This document shows, in pieces, positions 29,742 through 43,705 of a stretch of 64,000 nt of DNA. The first letter of the stretch is position 1, and each line of letters begins with the position of its first letter. The stretch spans positions 41,974,001-42,038,000 of the forward strand of contig OZ024753.1 in NCBI GenBank assembly GCA_964016885.1, read 5' to 3'. The notes under the pieces were generated by a model. That model did no database searches. It saw only the letters and a program-made list of their open reading frames with translations, and had not been told where the DNA came from. Source of the stretch: Eledone cirrhosa. Taxonomy: Eukaryota. A program made the position numbers and the translations under genes.

Positions 29742-30015
29742 TTTGATCCCGACGGCAGAGCTCAAGCCGTTTCGACGGCTATTTCTGGACTGAAATAGCC
29801 GTCGAAACGGCTTGAGCTCTGCCGTCGGGGTCAAACTTTTTCCTATTACCCACTCTACTACCCTAAGTATTGAGTACTCTGGTGCGTTATGGTCCACCTG
29901 GTTCCTTACCACACTTCCTTCGTTATATATATATATATATATATAACTAAGGAAATGTCCAGAATTAGCCGTCGAAACGGCTTGAGCTCAGCCGTCGGGG
30001 TCTTACTGGTTCCTA
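29742..30015 (+). mobile_element. HHR element family B, fold-back copy plus a second truncated copy
   Basis: Palindrome 29742-29835 is centred on GACGGCTATTTC/GAAATAGCCGTC, with tail to 29925. A second GAAACGGC..GCCGTC copy lies at ~29955-30015. Confidence 0.8.
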
Positions 30016-30374
30016 TATGTATATATATATATATATATAAACTTGCAATGTTGTAAGAACCTCATTTGAAATTACTGAGCGGTACAAATATTTTTGTTAC
30101 ATCTGTATTTTACCTGCATCATTCTTTAAAAGTCATATGTAGGGGGTTTCTTTCAATTTCCTATATAGCTCTGAACATTCTCTTCACTATAGGTAATCTC
30201 TTAGTCATATTTCAGTCTTTTGGTGTTGGTTTCAATGGAAATTAGACGAACTTCAATGTATTAAAAGTTATTTCATTTCTTTATGTAAGAAAGGTCAACA
30301 AGGAGAAACAACACACGAGAACGATACAATGATAGCTTATAAGTTTTACTCTTTATAGAGTTTGTGGGGTGGAA

Positions 30375-30410
30375 TCTTAACGTTTCGGACTTTATTCTTT
30401 CATTGGAAAA
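30375..30410 (-). ncRNA. Decayed minimal hammerhead remnant
   Basis: Minus strand reads UUUUCCAAUGAAAGAAUAAAGUCC-GAAACGUUA-AGA, with a palindromic AACGUU and a mutated core. Similar relics at ~12583-12625 and ~12764-12790. Confidence 0.35.
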
Positions 30411-31026
30411 TAGAAAGAGAGAAGATGAGAGTAAAAAAGAAAAGTAAGGAAAGGGTAGTTAGGAGAGAAAGAACGTGTTATTGCTTGTCAACCATCTTGG
30501 TTTCTAGATGATTTGTTCCTTAATAGGATATATCAAATTAATTTCTAAGGTTTAGGCTTCGATGGTTTATAGTGAAGGTATATGGCTTAGTGTTTAGGCT
30601 GCGAGACTGATGACCGGAAAGTCCTGAGTTCAATCTCCCGACTGGGTGGTACGTTGTGTCCTTGAGCAAGAGATTTTATTTAATATTGTTTCGGTCAACT
30701 CAGCAGGTTGCAATAGAAGTGGCAAAGTACTTGAAATTGTTATACATTGATAGTAACGATCAAAAGAGAGAACGAAAAAAAAGTTGACCTCGGTGGGATT
30801 TGAACTTAGAAAGCAGAGAATCGGTACAAATACCACAAAGCATTCTATCCGACGCTCTAACGATTCTGCCAATCTAACATCTTAACATATATTTGTATCG
30901 AAACGAAAATGCAAATGCATCAAATGTGATAATATAAGAAAAATTACTGTTGCTTTAGTCGCTAACTGGCACCTTTTTTTTTGGCTTATTTTCCCTACAA
31001 TATTTCCTATTCTATTAATAAACTGT

Positions 31027-31063
<37 letters not shown>

Positions 31064-32132
31064 CCCACTCTTTGTCACTTCTTTTTTATTGTTTAAGTAT
31101 AGAGAAGAAGACGAAAAAAAAAAAAAAACGAAAAGTATGAGCCTTTAAGAGAAAAAAAAAAAACGGAAAACATGAGCCTTTCTGCAGGCTATCTCTCATC
31201 TGAAGATATTCAACCACCATGTGAAACTTCAGACCCATATAAACTGCACATTCATAATTAAATTAGTGTAACGTCTTTATCAAAGTGTGAGAGTAAGATA
31301 GCTAACACTGTCAGTCAGTATAAATATGTTGTAATAGGATTTAAAGATTAATAACGTAAACTTATCATAGCATTGTCACAAATTACAGTGTGATGCTAAT
31401 TTTACGGTTTTAGTTTTTAAATGCACGCCAATCAAAATTCTGCTTGAAGCAATGTCATTATTATCTTAATATGACACCAACCTGCAATCCTCAACTCATC
31501 TTTATATACTTGATGTTGGTTGAAGTCAATTTGTTTATGTTTTAGTTTCAAATATATTTGTACATGTTAAAACAAAAAATGGCGCAATGCCGTGTGTTAT
31601 AACAAAAATGTTGATATGTCGAGTGTTAAAAATCGTGCAATGTGGAGTGTTAAAAATGGTGCAATGTTGAGTGTTTAAAATGGTGCAATGTTGAGTGTTA
31701 AAAATGGTGCAATGTTGAGTGTTAAAAATGGATGCCGAATGTAAAAAACAAAAATGTAATGCCGAGTGTAAAAAACAAAAATGTAATGTCGAGTGTTAAA
31801 AACAAAACTGGTGATATGTCGCGTGTTAAAACAAAACTGGTGATATGTCGTGTGTTAAAACCAAAAATTGGTGCAATGCCCAGGTAGTTGTATAAAGTGT
31901 TTGTTTATTTTTAACCCTTTCGTTACATTATTTCTCATGAGAAGGCACGTGGCCTATAGTAAGTTTGGGTGTTGGATTCACGATCGTAATTTCGTGACTT
32001 CAATTTCTGGACTTGGTGGTACGTTGTGGTTTTAAGCAAGGCACTTCATCTCACCTTGCTTTTTATGATAGGGCTGGGGACCTATAAGAAAACTCCTATG
32101 AGATATACCCTAATAAGAGGTCAGTTAAACTT

Positions 32133-32478
32133 GTCTTTCATTAGAAATACGGTAATGAAAGGGTTAATGACATAGACAGTGTCTTTCATTAGAAATACGG
32201 TAATGAAAGGGTTAATGACATAGACAGTGTCTTTCATTAGAAATACGGTAATGAAAGGGTTAATGACATAGACAGTGTCTTTCATTAGAAATATGGTAAT
32301 GAAAGGGTTAAAGACATAGGTAGTGTCTTTCATTAGAAATATAGTAATTGTTTCTATTTTTGGCACAAGGACAGCAAATACCCAGTTCATTACTGGTACT
32401 TTATTTTATCGACCCGGTAAGGATGAAAGGTAAAGTTAACCTCGTCTTTCATTAGAAATATAGTAATGAAAGGGTTAA
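32133..32478. repeat. Minisatellite, 48-bp unit, interrupted by an S1 SINE fragment
   Basis: GTCTTTCATTAGAAATACGGTAATGAAAGGGTTAATGACATAGACAGT at 32133, 32181, 32229 and onward; the unit includes the piggyBac-like end AAAGGGTTAA. Confidence 0.9.
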
Positions 32479-32967
32479 AGTGACAAGAAGCATTTCATTA
32501 ATTTCTATTTCCGTTTCATTTCTTCTTTAAGTTTGTCAAACTAAGTTCCGGTCTTTCAAAGTTCATTGAAGCAAATGAAGCCGTTTGACTAAATCAATCT
32601 GGTTATTTATATTGAGAGAACTTTATGAAGTCATGAAACAGTAGTCAATGTTGACGAAGGGGTGAAAACACCCCATCTTTATTTTATTAACCCCCCACCC
32701 ATTAATATATCCCCCTTTTCCATTTTTATTATTATTAAATTTCTCTTTCACTCTCCACTTTTTTCTCTCTTCCTGTTTTCTTTTAAACTTTGAAATTCTT
32801 TTAATTTTTTAAATACTTTTATTATAGTTGGTTAATTAGCAGAGTCGTTTGAACGTTGGATAAAGTTCTTTGTTCTGACTCTTTGCTTTCTGAGTTCAAA
32901 TCCCACCGATGTCAACTTTGTTTTTCATCTATTTAAGGTCGATAAAAAAATACCAGTCAAGTACTGG

Positions 32968-33395
32968 GGTCGATTCTTCCTCTATATCTTTTTCTCACTT
33001 CATTTCTCCCACTTTCGAACCCACGACATTATGATCGTAAGTCCAACACATTTACCACTAGGCTACGCACTTCCACTCAGAATTGGTAGATCATCATATA
33101 AAATGGTATTGTGACATTTATGTCAGTTGAAATATGGCCAAGTCCAACTTTGCCTTTCATCCTTTCCAAAGTCGATAAAATATAATACCAGTGGTTTACT
33201 GAGGTTGATTTAATCAACCGTCGCTCTCTCTCCCCACACAAGATTTTGCTGGCCTTATGTCTAAATTAGAAACCAATATTATTAAACTACTGTTAATGTT
33301 ATTACGGAGAGTTTATGTTTACATTTATCAAATTATAATAAATAACGGCAATCGTTCAACTACCGTAAGTAACTGAATATCAACATCTTGATCTG
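32968..33395 (-). repeat. Arm 2 of the ~430-bp inverted duplication
   Basis: Reverse complement of 27484-27914. Confidence 0.9.
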
Positions 33396-33872
33396 CAAGA
33401 AATCTGCTGGAGATGAGCTCTGCCAGGGTTTTAAAAAACCCTAGACACGTCGTAAGTCAATATGGCGACCCCTACAACTCCATTAAGAGTTACGGGGACC
33501 AAAAAAAGAGAAAATAAATACTTTTATTATATTTTTCTGCTTATTTCAACTTTTTAGTATTTTCATTATTGTGTACTTGTGTTCGTTGGTAAATATTTTC
33601 CTATTCCTATTAGTACCTCTTTATTCCCTGTCAAACTACTAACTGGTCTGTGGTGTGGACTCACAGCAGACAGAGGGGTTGGCTTTCAAAGTAATTAGTA
33701 CCCACAGCTCATGAAATCGGCTCTCCCATTACGAATTTGATGTCAATATCTTTATTGTTTTATTTATTTGTACATCACTAAACAGATTTGAAAGCAGACG
33801 ACATAGAAGTTCTTGTTAACCTGTCTGTCAGTGTGTCTGCCTATCTCTCTATATATTTATATATCTACCTAC

Positions 33873-33932
<60 letters not shown>

Positions 33933-34195
33933 ATCTATCTATATTTTCTCTATCTATCTCGCCCTCTCTCTTTCTACATATCTGTCAGACTATTTCTCTG
34001 TCTCTATATCTTTCTATCCTTCCCTTCCCCCATTTCATCATCAGCGTCTATTTGTTAGATTTGACCCTCCATGTTAGTTCAGCCGCTCCGTACTGTCGTC
34101 CATTAACAAGAGAGGCGTGGTTACTCCATTATCTCGCCTGCTACACTTAGAAACGAACCAACTCCCCGAGTGTTTGAGTGGGAGAGAGAAGGGGA

Positions 34196-34273
<78 letters not shown>

Positions 34274-34409
34274 TAGAGATTGAGAGATAGGTAGATTGAT
34301 AGATAAATAGAGAGAAAGAGAGATAAAGATAAATAGATAGAGAGAAGAAGAGATATATATAGAGAGAGAGAGATTGAGAGAGAGATGGATGGATGAATAG
34401 AGAGAAGGA

Positions 34410-34441
<32 letters not shown>

Positions 34442-34849
34442 TGGATGGATAGAGAGAAGAAGAGATAGATAGAGAGATTGAGAGATAGATAGAGAGAGAG
34501 ATGGATGGATGGATAGAGAGAAGGAGAGAGAGATGGATCGATGGATAGAGTGAGAGAAGGAGAGATAGATAGAGAGGGATAAAGAGATAGATAGATAGGT
34601 AGATTGAGAGAAAGAGATAGATAGATAGGTAGATTGATAGATAAATAGAGAGAGAGAGAGGGAGTAGATGGGTGAGGTGAGGTAGGGAGTAATAATACAC
34701 CAAGAGAGCCTTTACTGCCAGAACAACTGTTCCCTTCTTTATCTCTTGTAAGCTGAATACTTCCTGTGATGAAAACAACCCGGGATAAAGAAAGTGAAGA
34801 GATGGAGGGGGGGGGGGGATGAGAGAATGAGAGGGAGGGACTGGGTAAA

Positions 34850-36945
34850 GAGAGAGTATTGAAGAGAGAGTGAGAGAGTATTGAAGAGGTAGAGGTTGGA
34901 GAGAGAGTATTGAAGAGAGAGTGAGAGAGTATTGAAGAGGTAGAGGTTGGAGAGAGAGTATTGAAGAGGTTGGAGAGAGAGTATTGAAGAGGTAGAGGTT
35001 GGAGAGAGAGTATTGAAGAGGTTGGAGAGAGAGTATTGAAGAGGTAGAGATTGGAGAGAGAGTATTGAAGAGGTAGAGGTTGGAGAGAGAGAGTATTGAA
35101 GAGGTAGAGGTTGGAGAGAGAGTATTGAAGAGGTAGAGGTTGGAGAGAGAGAGTATTGAAGAGGTAGAGGTTGGAGAGAGAGTATTGAAGAGGTAGAGGT
35201 TGGAGAGAGAGTATTGAAGAGGTAGAGGTTGGAGAGAGAGTATTGAAGAGGTAGAGGTTGGAGAGAGAGAGTATTGAAGAGGTAGAGGTTGGAGAGAGAG
35301 TATTGAAGAGGTAGAGGTTGGAGAGAGAGTATTGAAGAGGTTGGAGAGAGTATTGAAGAGGTAGAGGTTGGAGAGAGAGTATTGAAGAGGTAGAGATTGG
35401 AGAGAGAGTATTGAAGAGGTTGAGGTTGGAGAGAGAGTATTGAAGAGGTTGGAGAGAGTATTGAAGAGGTAGAGGTTGGAGAGAGAGTATTGAAGAGGTA
35501 GAGGTTGGAGAGAGAGTATTGAAGAGGTTGAGGTTGGAGAGAGAGTATTGAAGAGGTTGGAGAGAGTATTGAAGAGGTAGAGGTTGGAGAGAGAGTATTG
35601 AAGAGGTAGAGGTTGGAGAGAGAGTATTGAAGAGGTTGGAGAGAGAGTATTGAAGAGGTAGAGGTTGGAGAGAGAGTATTGAAGAGGTAGAGGTTGGAGA
35701 GAGCGTATTGAAGAGGTAGAGGTTGGAGAGAGAGTATTGAAGAGGTTGGAGAGAGAGTATTGAAGAGGTAGAGGTTGGAGAGAGAGTATTGAAGAGGTAG
35801 AGGTTGGAGAGAGAGTATTGAAGAGGTTTAGGTTGGAGAGAGAGTATTGAAGAGGTTGGAGAGAGAGTATTGAAGAGGTAGAGGTTGACGAGAGAGTATT
35901 GAAGAGGTAGAGGTTGGAGAGAGTATTGAAGAGGTAGAGGTTGGAGAGAGAGTATTGAAGAGGTAGGAGAGAGAGTATTGAAGAGGTAGGAGAGAGAGTA
36001 TTGAAGAGGTAGAGGTTGGAGAGAGAGTATTGAAGAGGTTGGAGAGAGTATTGAAGAGGTAGAGGTTGGAGAGAGAGTATTGAAGAGGTAGAGATTGGAG
36101 AGAGAGTATTGAAGAGGTAGAGGTTGGAGAGAGTATTGAAGAGGTAGAGGTTGACGAGAGAGTATTGAAGAGGTAGAGGTTGGAGAGAGTATTGAAGAGG
36201 TAGAGGTTGGAGAGAGAGTATTGAAGAGGTAGAGGTTGGAGAGAGTATTGAAGAGGTAGAGGTTGGAGAGAGAGTATTGAAGAGGTAGAGGTTGGAGAGA
36301 GTATTGAAGAGGTAGAGGTTGGAGAGAGAGTATTGGAGAGAGAGAGGTTGGAGAGAGTATTGAAGAGGTAGAGGTTGGAGAGAGAGTATTGAAGAGGTTG
36401 GAGAGAGAGTATTGAAGAGGTTGGAGAGAGAGTATTGAAGAGGTAGAGGTTGACGAGAGAGTATTGAAGAGGTAGAGGTTGGAGAGAGAGTATTGAAGAG
36501 GTTGGAGAGAGAATATTGGAGAGAGAGTATTGAAGAGGTAGAGGTTGGAGAGAGTATTGAAGAGGTAGAGGTTGGAGAGAGAGTATTGAAGAGGTAGAGG
36601 TTGGAGAGAGAGTATTGAAGAGGTTGGAGAGAGAGTATTGAAGAGGTAGAGGTTGGAGAGAGAGTATTGAAGAGGTAGAGGTTGGAGAGAGTATTGAAGA
36701 GGTAGAGGTTGGAGAGAGTATTGAAGAGGTAGAGGTTGGAGAGAGTATTGAAGAGGTAGAGGTTGGAGAGAGAGTATTGAAGAGGTAGAGGTTGGAGAGA
36801 GTATTGAAGAGGTTGGAGAGAGAGTATTGAAGAGGTAGAGGTTGGAGAGAGAGTATTGAAGAGGTTGGAGAGAGAATATTGAAGAGGTAGAGGTTGGAGA
36901 GAGAGTATTGAAGAGGTAGAAAGTAGAGAGGTTGGAGAGAGAGCG
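34850..36945. repeat. ~2.1-kb purine-rich minisatellite (~22-32 bp units)
   Basis: Variants of (GA)nGTATTGAAGAGGTAGAGGTTG; the + strand has almost no C. Confidence 0.95.
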
Positions 36946-37129
36946 AATAGAGCGGTTGGAGAAAGAGGGGGGGAACTAGGAAGATAACTGGAGACTACAA
37001 CTGAGATTGTAAGTAAACAGGAGAAAATATAATTTATTGATAAATAGAATAAAAACTAATTTATATTAAGACAAAGAATTATGGTGATAGATGTGGATTG
37101 GAATTCGATTGGAAAATAATTGTAAAACT

Positions 37130-37453
37130 TTAACCCTTTCGATACCAATCTACCAGTTGTAATTCCTGGGATCGACACCATCGTCTTACGACCCTGAGTA
37201 CAACACCCGAACAACAAGGTACCTTGAAATTTAACACATTAAAATTTACATTACTATATATACATACTATTGTATTTTTCATATTATCTCACCACATAAA
37301 ATTGAATCTATGAGATTTTGATATTATTTATTTTGAGAACAATACCTTAACATAAGTATGAGGGGCCAGCTACAGCTGGTTATGACCAGTTTGAACAGAA
37401 AGAGGTGAGAGAATTCTGGCCGGATATGGCCGGTTTAAATGCTAAAGGGTTAA
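37130..37453. mobile_element. piggyBac-type MITE
   Basis: TTAA-CCCTTT at the left end and AAAGGG-TTAA at the right end. Confidence 0.5.
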
Positions 37454-38476
37454 CACGTATTAAAAAAAAGAAACGTCTAGAATGATAGTAAGTTTGCTTG
37501 AGTATTAAGTAGAGTAGACAGGCATATTTTGATGTCTAAGAATTACGGAGATGATTGAAATGTTTACAGTAAGACAAGATAAGGTTTAGGTTTAAATAAA
37601 TGTTATGAACGACTTTCAAATGCATACGTCAATGTTATAAGTAAAATGGAAGCATTTTTAATGAGATCTGTTGTCTTGGGCAAGATAAGGTTTTAGTCTA
37701 AATAAATATATTATGAACGATCTTTCAAATGTAGACATTATTGTTACAAGTAAAAGGTATGTTTAAGTTTAGCAAAAATGCTAAATATTCTCAAGTCTAC
37801 CACATCTGTCTATTACTATCACTTCTATTATTTTGCGACTCTTTACGTTCTGAGTTCAAATCCTGTCTAGGTTAGCTTTGCTTTTCATCCTTACGGGGTC
37901 GATAAAATAAAGTACCAGTAATACACTGGAGTCGATTTAATCGACTTCCCCCTCCCCTTCAAATTGCTGGCCTTGTGTCGCAAGTAGAAACAATTATTAC
38001 TATTATACATACAGTTGTGGATTGGCAGTATCGGTAGAGGGTCTGACGCCATGCTTTGCAACATAGAGTTACGGCGCTTTATGGTCTGACTTCAAATCTC
38101 GCCGAGGTTAACTTTGCCTTTCATCCTTACGGGGTCGATAAAATAAAGTACCAGTAATACACTGGAATAATTGCTGGCCTTGTACCCAAAGTAGAAACAA
38201 TTACATATAGAGTTACAGTGTATACATACTTTAAAGTTGTGTGCAATAATGTAGTCATTTAGATAAGACTTGTTTACACCAACGGAATCTTGCTTAAAGT
38301 TGCTTCAATGAGAATTCGCTTGTAATGAAAGAAAAACATTTCATTGATGGAGGCTTAGAAATATGTTTAGAATGAAATGTGTAACAAATAAGGTGTGTAG
38401 CAGAATAGAGGGCTTTAGAAATACCAAGTGTAACCAATAATAATATATATACATACACAGACATATATATATATAC

Positions 38477-38586
<110 letters not shown>

Positions 38587-38773
38587 AATGTGTATATATA
38601 TATATATATATATTCTGCGTGTGTTTAGAAAATGTAGAACATTTTGAGCTGAAGAAGATAGCTGTAAACACTCGTCTATAATAAAGTAAATTATAAAAAA
38701 CAATATGGATGACATTAGTTTTCTTTCATTTCCTTATTTAATCTCTTTTCTTGTTGTTTTTTGTATTTTCCAG

Positions 38774-38874
38774 AAGACATAACCACACAAAACCCGAGTC
38801 TTTCTCCTACAAAAGCCTACAACAGGTCTGATATTCTCTATGGTTATAATAAACGGGCGAACAAACGAGAACAA
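38774..38874 (+). CDS. Candidate internal exon, unknown protein
   Basis: Long polypyrimidine tract with CAG acceptor, 101 nt open in phase 1 to 0 (xDITTQNPSLSPTKAYNRSDILYGYNKRANKREQ), donor GTAAGC. Confidence 0.45.
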
Positions 38875-39101
38875 GTAAGCAAGTGAAAAAAGTTAAATAT
38901 TCTAAATGATCAACAATAATTTTTCAATATAATCAATATTGGAACATTTTACCTCAAACATTGATCGATATTGACATGGACATTGTCCAAACTATTCTTG
39001 TGATAAATGTCAGATTCAGATCAATCGTGCAAGAATTCATTAAACTGTTTAATAAATCTATTAAATTTATTTCCATCTCTTCTAAACTTTACAAATATAT
39101 G

Positions 39102-39530
39102 TGATAGGACTGGATCCCTATCATTAAAACCACCCACACGAGAAACCTCCTGTGAGATGTAAACTCGTAGGTCAGATAAACCTACATAGATGTGAGCTGT
39201 AACATGATAGGAATGTGGTCCCTATCGTTAAAACCACCCAAGAAACCTCCTATAAGATACAACCTTGTAGGAGGTCAGCTACACCTGCAGAGGTATGAGC
39301 TGTAAGAACAACATGATAGGACTGTGGTCCCTATCATTAAGACCACCCACAAGAGAAACCTCATGTGAGATACAACCGCGTACGAGGTCAGCTAACCCTA
39401 AATGGAAATGAGCTGGAACAACAACATGATAGGATTTGAAGGATCTGTCATTAAAACACCTGAGAAACCACCTATGAACCGCAACCAAGCCTTGGAGGGA
39501 GCCAGCCAAATCTGCGTAGGTGTGAGCTGT
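39102..39530 (+). repeat. Four diverged ~105-bp tandem units with internal hairpins
   Basis: Units start TGATAGG at 39102, 39205, 39314 and 39427; a single related copy lies at ~47207-47330. Confidence 0.8.
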
Positions 39531-39770
39531 AAATTTCATTTCATAATTTTTCTTTTTCCACAAAGAGATTCAGTACTTTTTCGTGGTCATAATTTGCCCT
39601 TCAAAACAGTTTACTAAATTACAAAATAGATGGTTCTCATATGAAGTGCAATAATTTCTATAACCTTTAGTGAAGTATAAAAGGCATTATGTATCACAAA
39701 AAATAATTATGAAGAATAAAGCGAACTTGGTGAAAACTTATTGTATGAAATAACTCTTATTTTTATGCAG

Positions 39771-39792
39771 AGCAGAGTGAAAGAACCTCCAA
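39771..39792 (+). CDS. Candidate 22-nt micro-exon
   Basis: TAAC..TTATTTTTATGCAG acceptor and GTAAGT donor. Phase 0 gives SRVKEPP, compatible with the preceding candidate exon. Confidence 0.35.
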
Positions 39793-40604
39793 GTAAGTTC
39801 TTGACACATTCATGGATAGAACTCCTTGGACTCATCATCAGTATTGAATCCTGGAGTGACGGTTTGCTTCAGGTCTTACAATGTGCACCCTCATCCAGGT
39901 GACTTAACTACAGAAGACATCATCCATATTGTATTCTGAAGTGACCGGGTGCTTCAGGGTTTGCAACAAAAAACTCTAGCGGGATTTCAGCTCGATGTGT
40001 AAAGAGGTGGAATTAAGTACAGTATGGTATATAGTCCGATACTCCCCTGTTCTGCCACTGACCTTTTCAAACAGGGATTTAACACATACACTGGGCTGGT
40101 GCTGCCACAAAGACCAACTAGGGCGCAGGCATCGGACAGGTGTGTTATTGAACCTTAAAGGATCACAGTTTTATACAAATTTGTATAATTAACATAAATA
40201 TATAATAAATTGCTAAACATCTTTGCTGTGTCACAGTGTTGTGGTAATATCTAAAGTGGTGGTGAGGGTTGTATGGTGTTGTGTCCTGTCACATGACTTG
40301 GCGTGGTGGGTGAATGGAGATTTTAGAGGACAATTCACTCTGAAAATGTGTAGTAATAGAGTAAAGAGCTTTAATATTTAATTCTTTCTACTTTCGGCAC
40401 AAGGCCAGCAATTATATCAGTGTATTACTGGTATTACTTTATTTAATCGACCCCGTAAGGATGAAAGGCGAAATTAACCTAGGCGGGATACCGTAAAGAG
40501 CCATAGCTCTATGTTGCAAAGCATGGCGTCCGACCCTCTACCGATAATGTCAATCCACAGTTATATTTATATTGCTGTTTCGTACTTTTCGAGAATGTAT
40601 TGCT

Positions 40605-41092
40605 AACGTGGTTTGGTGAGGTACAGGAGATTAAGAGTTTCACACATCCTCAGATGTAAAACTTGGTTTCGTGTGGTACAGGACGTTAAGAGTTTTGTGT
40701 GGTTTGTACTTTTCAAGAATGTCTTGTTAATGTGGTTTCGTGTGGTACAGGACGTTAAGAGTTTCACACATCTACAGATGTAAAACTTGGTTTGGTGTGG
40801 TACAGGAGATTAAGAGTTTCACTCATCTACAGATGTAAAACTTGGTTTGGTGTGGTACAGGAGATTAAGAGTTTCACTCATCTACAGATGTAAAACTTGG
40901 TTTGGTGTGGTACAAGATCTTAAGAGTTTCACTCATCTACAGATGTAAAACTTGGTTTGGTGTGGTACAGGATCTTAAGAGTTTCACTCATCTACAGATG
41001 TAAAACTTGGTTTGGTGTGGTACAGGATCTTAAGAGTTTCACTCATCTACAGATGTAAAACTTGGTTTGGTGTGGTACAGGACGTTAAGAGT
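40605..41092. repeat. Minisatellite, 55-bp unit
   Basis: GTGGTACAGGAGATTAAGAGTTTCACTCATCTACAGATGTAAAACTTGGTTTGGT recurs at 55-bp spacing. Confidence 0.95.
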
Positions 41093-41749
41093 TAATTAAG
41101 GACAACTTCACCTGTTAAGCAAAAGCCTGAATAGATGAGCGAATGGTGGTCGTGTAGTGGTGTGAAAATAACTCATGATGAGCGACAAGAAGTGGATAGG
41201 TAATTAGTGTCAAATTTAGCTTCTTTGTAGTTGCCATAGTTAAGTCTAGGCATCTGTTGAGGAAGCAACGAGGGGACCAGCCCCCGTCTCCTTACTAATG
41301 AATAGTAAATTGTGACATTCCAGTAGACAGGGTGGGTGGGTGGGTGGGTGAGAGAGAGAGAGAGATAGAGACAGGGTGTGTGGGGGAGAAGGTGGTGGGT
41401 TGGGAGAGCGGCAGAGAAGGTGGAGGAGATGGGTGGGAGAGAGAGGTGGAGGAGATGGGTCGGAGAGAGAGAGGTGGAGAAAGTAGAGGAGAGGGGTGAG
41501 TGGGGGAGAAAGGAGGCTGAAAGAAAGAGAACGTAAAAAAGGAAGCCAACAAAATAAAAGTGAGAGGGCAAGAAATAAAAATAAAATAAATCAATAACAA
41601 GTGTAAAATATAAATAATAACAATAATAATAATTGCAACAACAACAACAACAATTATAAGGAATAATATAAAAAATAACAAAACAAACAAGGTGATAGAA
41701 AAGAAAAGAAAAAATGTGACAGAAAGAAAAGGAAAATTAATAAAAATAT

Positions 41750-41783
41750 AAGTGTAAAATAAATACTACTATTACTACTACTG

Positions 41784-41817
<34 letters not shown>

Positions 41818-41912
41818 ACAACAACAACAGCAACAATAAGAAGGAAGAAAGAAGATGGCGATAGAAAGCAACAAATATAATTGTAAAATAAATACTACTA
41901 CTACTACTATTG

Positions 41913-41943
<31 letters not shown>

Positions 41944-42053
41944 TACTACACAACAACAACAACAACAGCAACAATAAGAAGGAAGAAAGAAGATGGCGAT
42001 AGAAAGCAACAAATATAATTGTAAAATAAATACTACTACTACTACTACTATTG

Positions 42054-42090
<37 letters not shown>

Positions 42091-42196
42091 TACTACTACA
42101 CAACAACAACAACAGCAATAATAAGAAGGAAGAAAGAAGATGGCGATAGAAAGCAACAAATATAATGTAAAATAAATACTACTACTACTACTATTG

Positions 42197-42227
<31 letters not shown>

Positions 42228-42400
42228 TACTACTACACAACAACAACAGCAACAATAAGAAGGAAGAAAGAAGATGGCGATAGAAAGCAACAAATATAAT
42301 TGTAAAATAAATACTACTACTACTACTACACAACAACAACAACAACAACAACAGCAACAACGAGAATGAATAAAGAAGAAGATTGCGATAGAAAGCAAAA
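41750..42400. repeat. Compound tandem repeat (~130-150 bp) built on (CTA)n/(CAA)n
   Basis: AAGAAGATGGCGATAGAAAGCAACAAATATAATTGTAAAATAAA recurs 4-5 times. Confidence 0.85.
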
Positions 42401-42702
42401 AGCTGAAAAGAGAGAAAGAAAGGAAGAAGAAAAATTGGGTGACAAGATGGCGACGGAGAGTAAAAAGTTGAAAAGAGAAAAAGATGGCGGTAGAAGGTGA
42501 AAAGTAGAAAAAAGAGGAAGAAGGAGAAGAAGAATGGGTGACATTTTAGGTGGGAGGAAGGTAAACATTGTAAGGAGTTGTAGTAAAGGAGATACAATGT
42601 CCGTTTTATATTCACAAACAACCTAGACATCCTGTAAGGAGTTTGGCTTATGAGTAATCCTATACTTCGTATATATATAAATATATGTGTGTATATGTAT
42701 GC

Positions 42703-42736
<34 letters not shown>

Positions 42737-43073
42737 ATATGTATGCATATATATGTGTGTGTGTATATGTATGCATATATATATATATATGTGTGTGTGT
42801 GTAAATGTATATATATGTGTGTGTGTAAGTGTATATATATATATGTGTGTAAGTGTATATATGTGTGTGTGTGTATATATATATATACATATATATACGT
42901 GTATGTGTGTGTGTATATATATATATATACATATATGTGTGCGTAAACTTACACAGAAACGCATAAACATACATTATAGACACACGTACGTACTTATATA
43001 TATACACATACATACATCCATGTACATACATCCACATACACATGTTCATACATACATACACATATACATATAT

Positions 43074-43106
<33 letters not shown>

Positions 43107-43477
43107 CACACAGAGGCGAGAGAAAGAAAAAAAAATCATTTGCTCTTATATTATGGCAGTGCCAATGCTTGTTGAATGGGAAGATGTCAAAAATATAAGA
43201 ACCATATGTCGAACTGGCATTAATGTTGTTGTTGTTGTTGCTTGTGTTGACATCAGTTCACCTAGACCAGGGGTTTTTAAACCGTCGACCCCCGACTCAT
43301 TAGTGGGTCGCAAAATAAACATAACTAGCTGACCCTGTAGAAATTTTACTGCTTAATTAGAAACAAACACCAAATATGAAAGATCAACATGGCATTAGAA
43401 AAGTCTTATACATACATACAAATACACGTATACACATACATACATAACACACACACACATATATATATACATACATA

Positions 43478-43518
<41 letters not shown>

Positions 43519-43705
43519 ACTGTTTCTACTTTAGGCACAAGGCCAGCAATTACTCAGTGCATTACTGGTACTTTATTTTATCGACCCCGTAAGGATGAAA
43601 GGCAAAGTCAACCTCGGCGGGATTATATATATAACGTCTTCCCGTTTTCCTTCGGTTGCACGTTTTTCAAAATATTTACTTCTGCGCTCACAGATTGATT
43701 TTTTT

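Noticed and set aside
31197-31235. CTGAAGA...GAAA spacing
   Set aside because: No stems I-III; chance match.
39392-39401. CTAACCCTAA, matching a telomerase RNA template
   Set aside because: Present in only one of four repeat units, with no other telomerase RNA features.
41135-41199. ATG-initiated 65-nt segment ending at AG|GTAATT
   Set aside because: Short, no recognisable protein and no supporting context.
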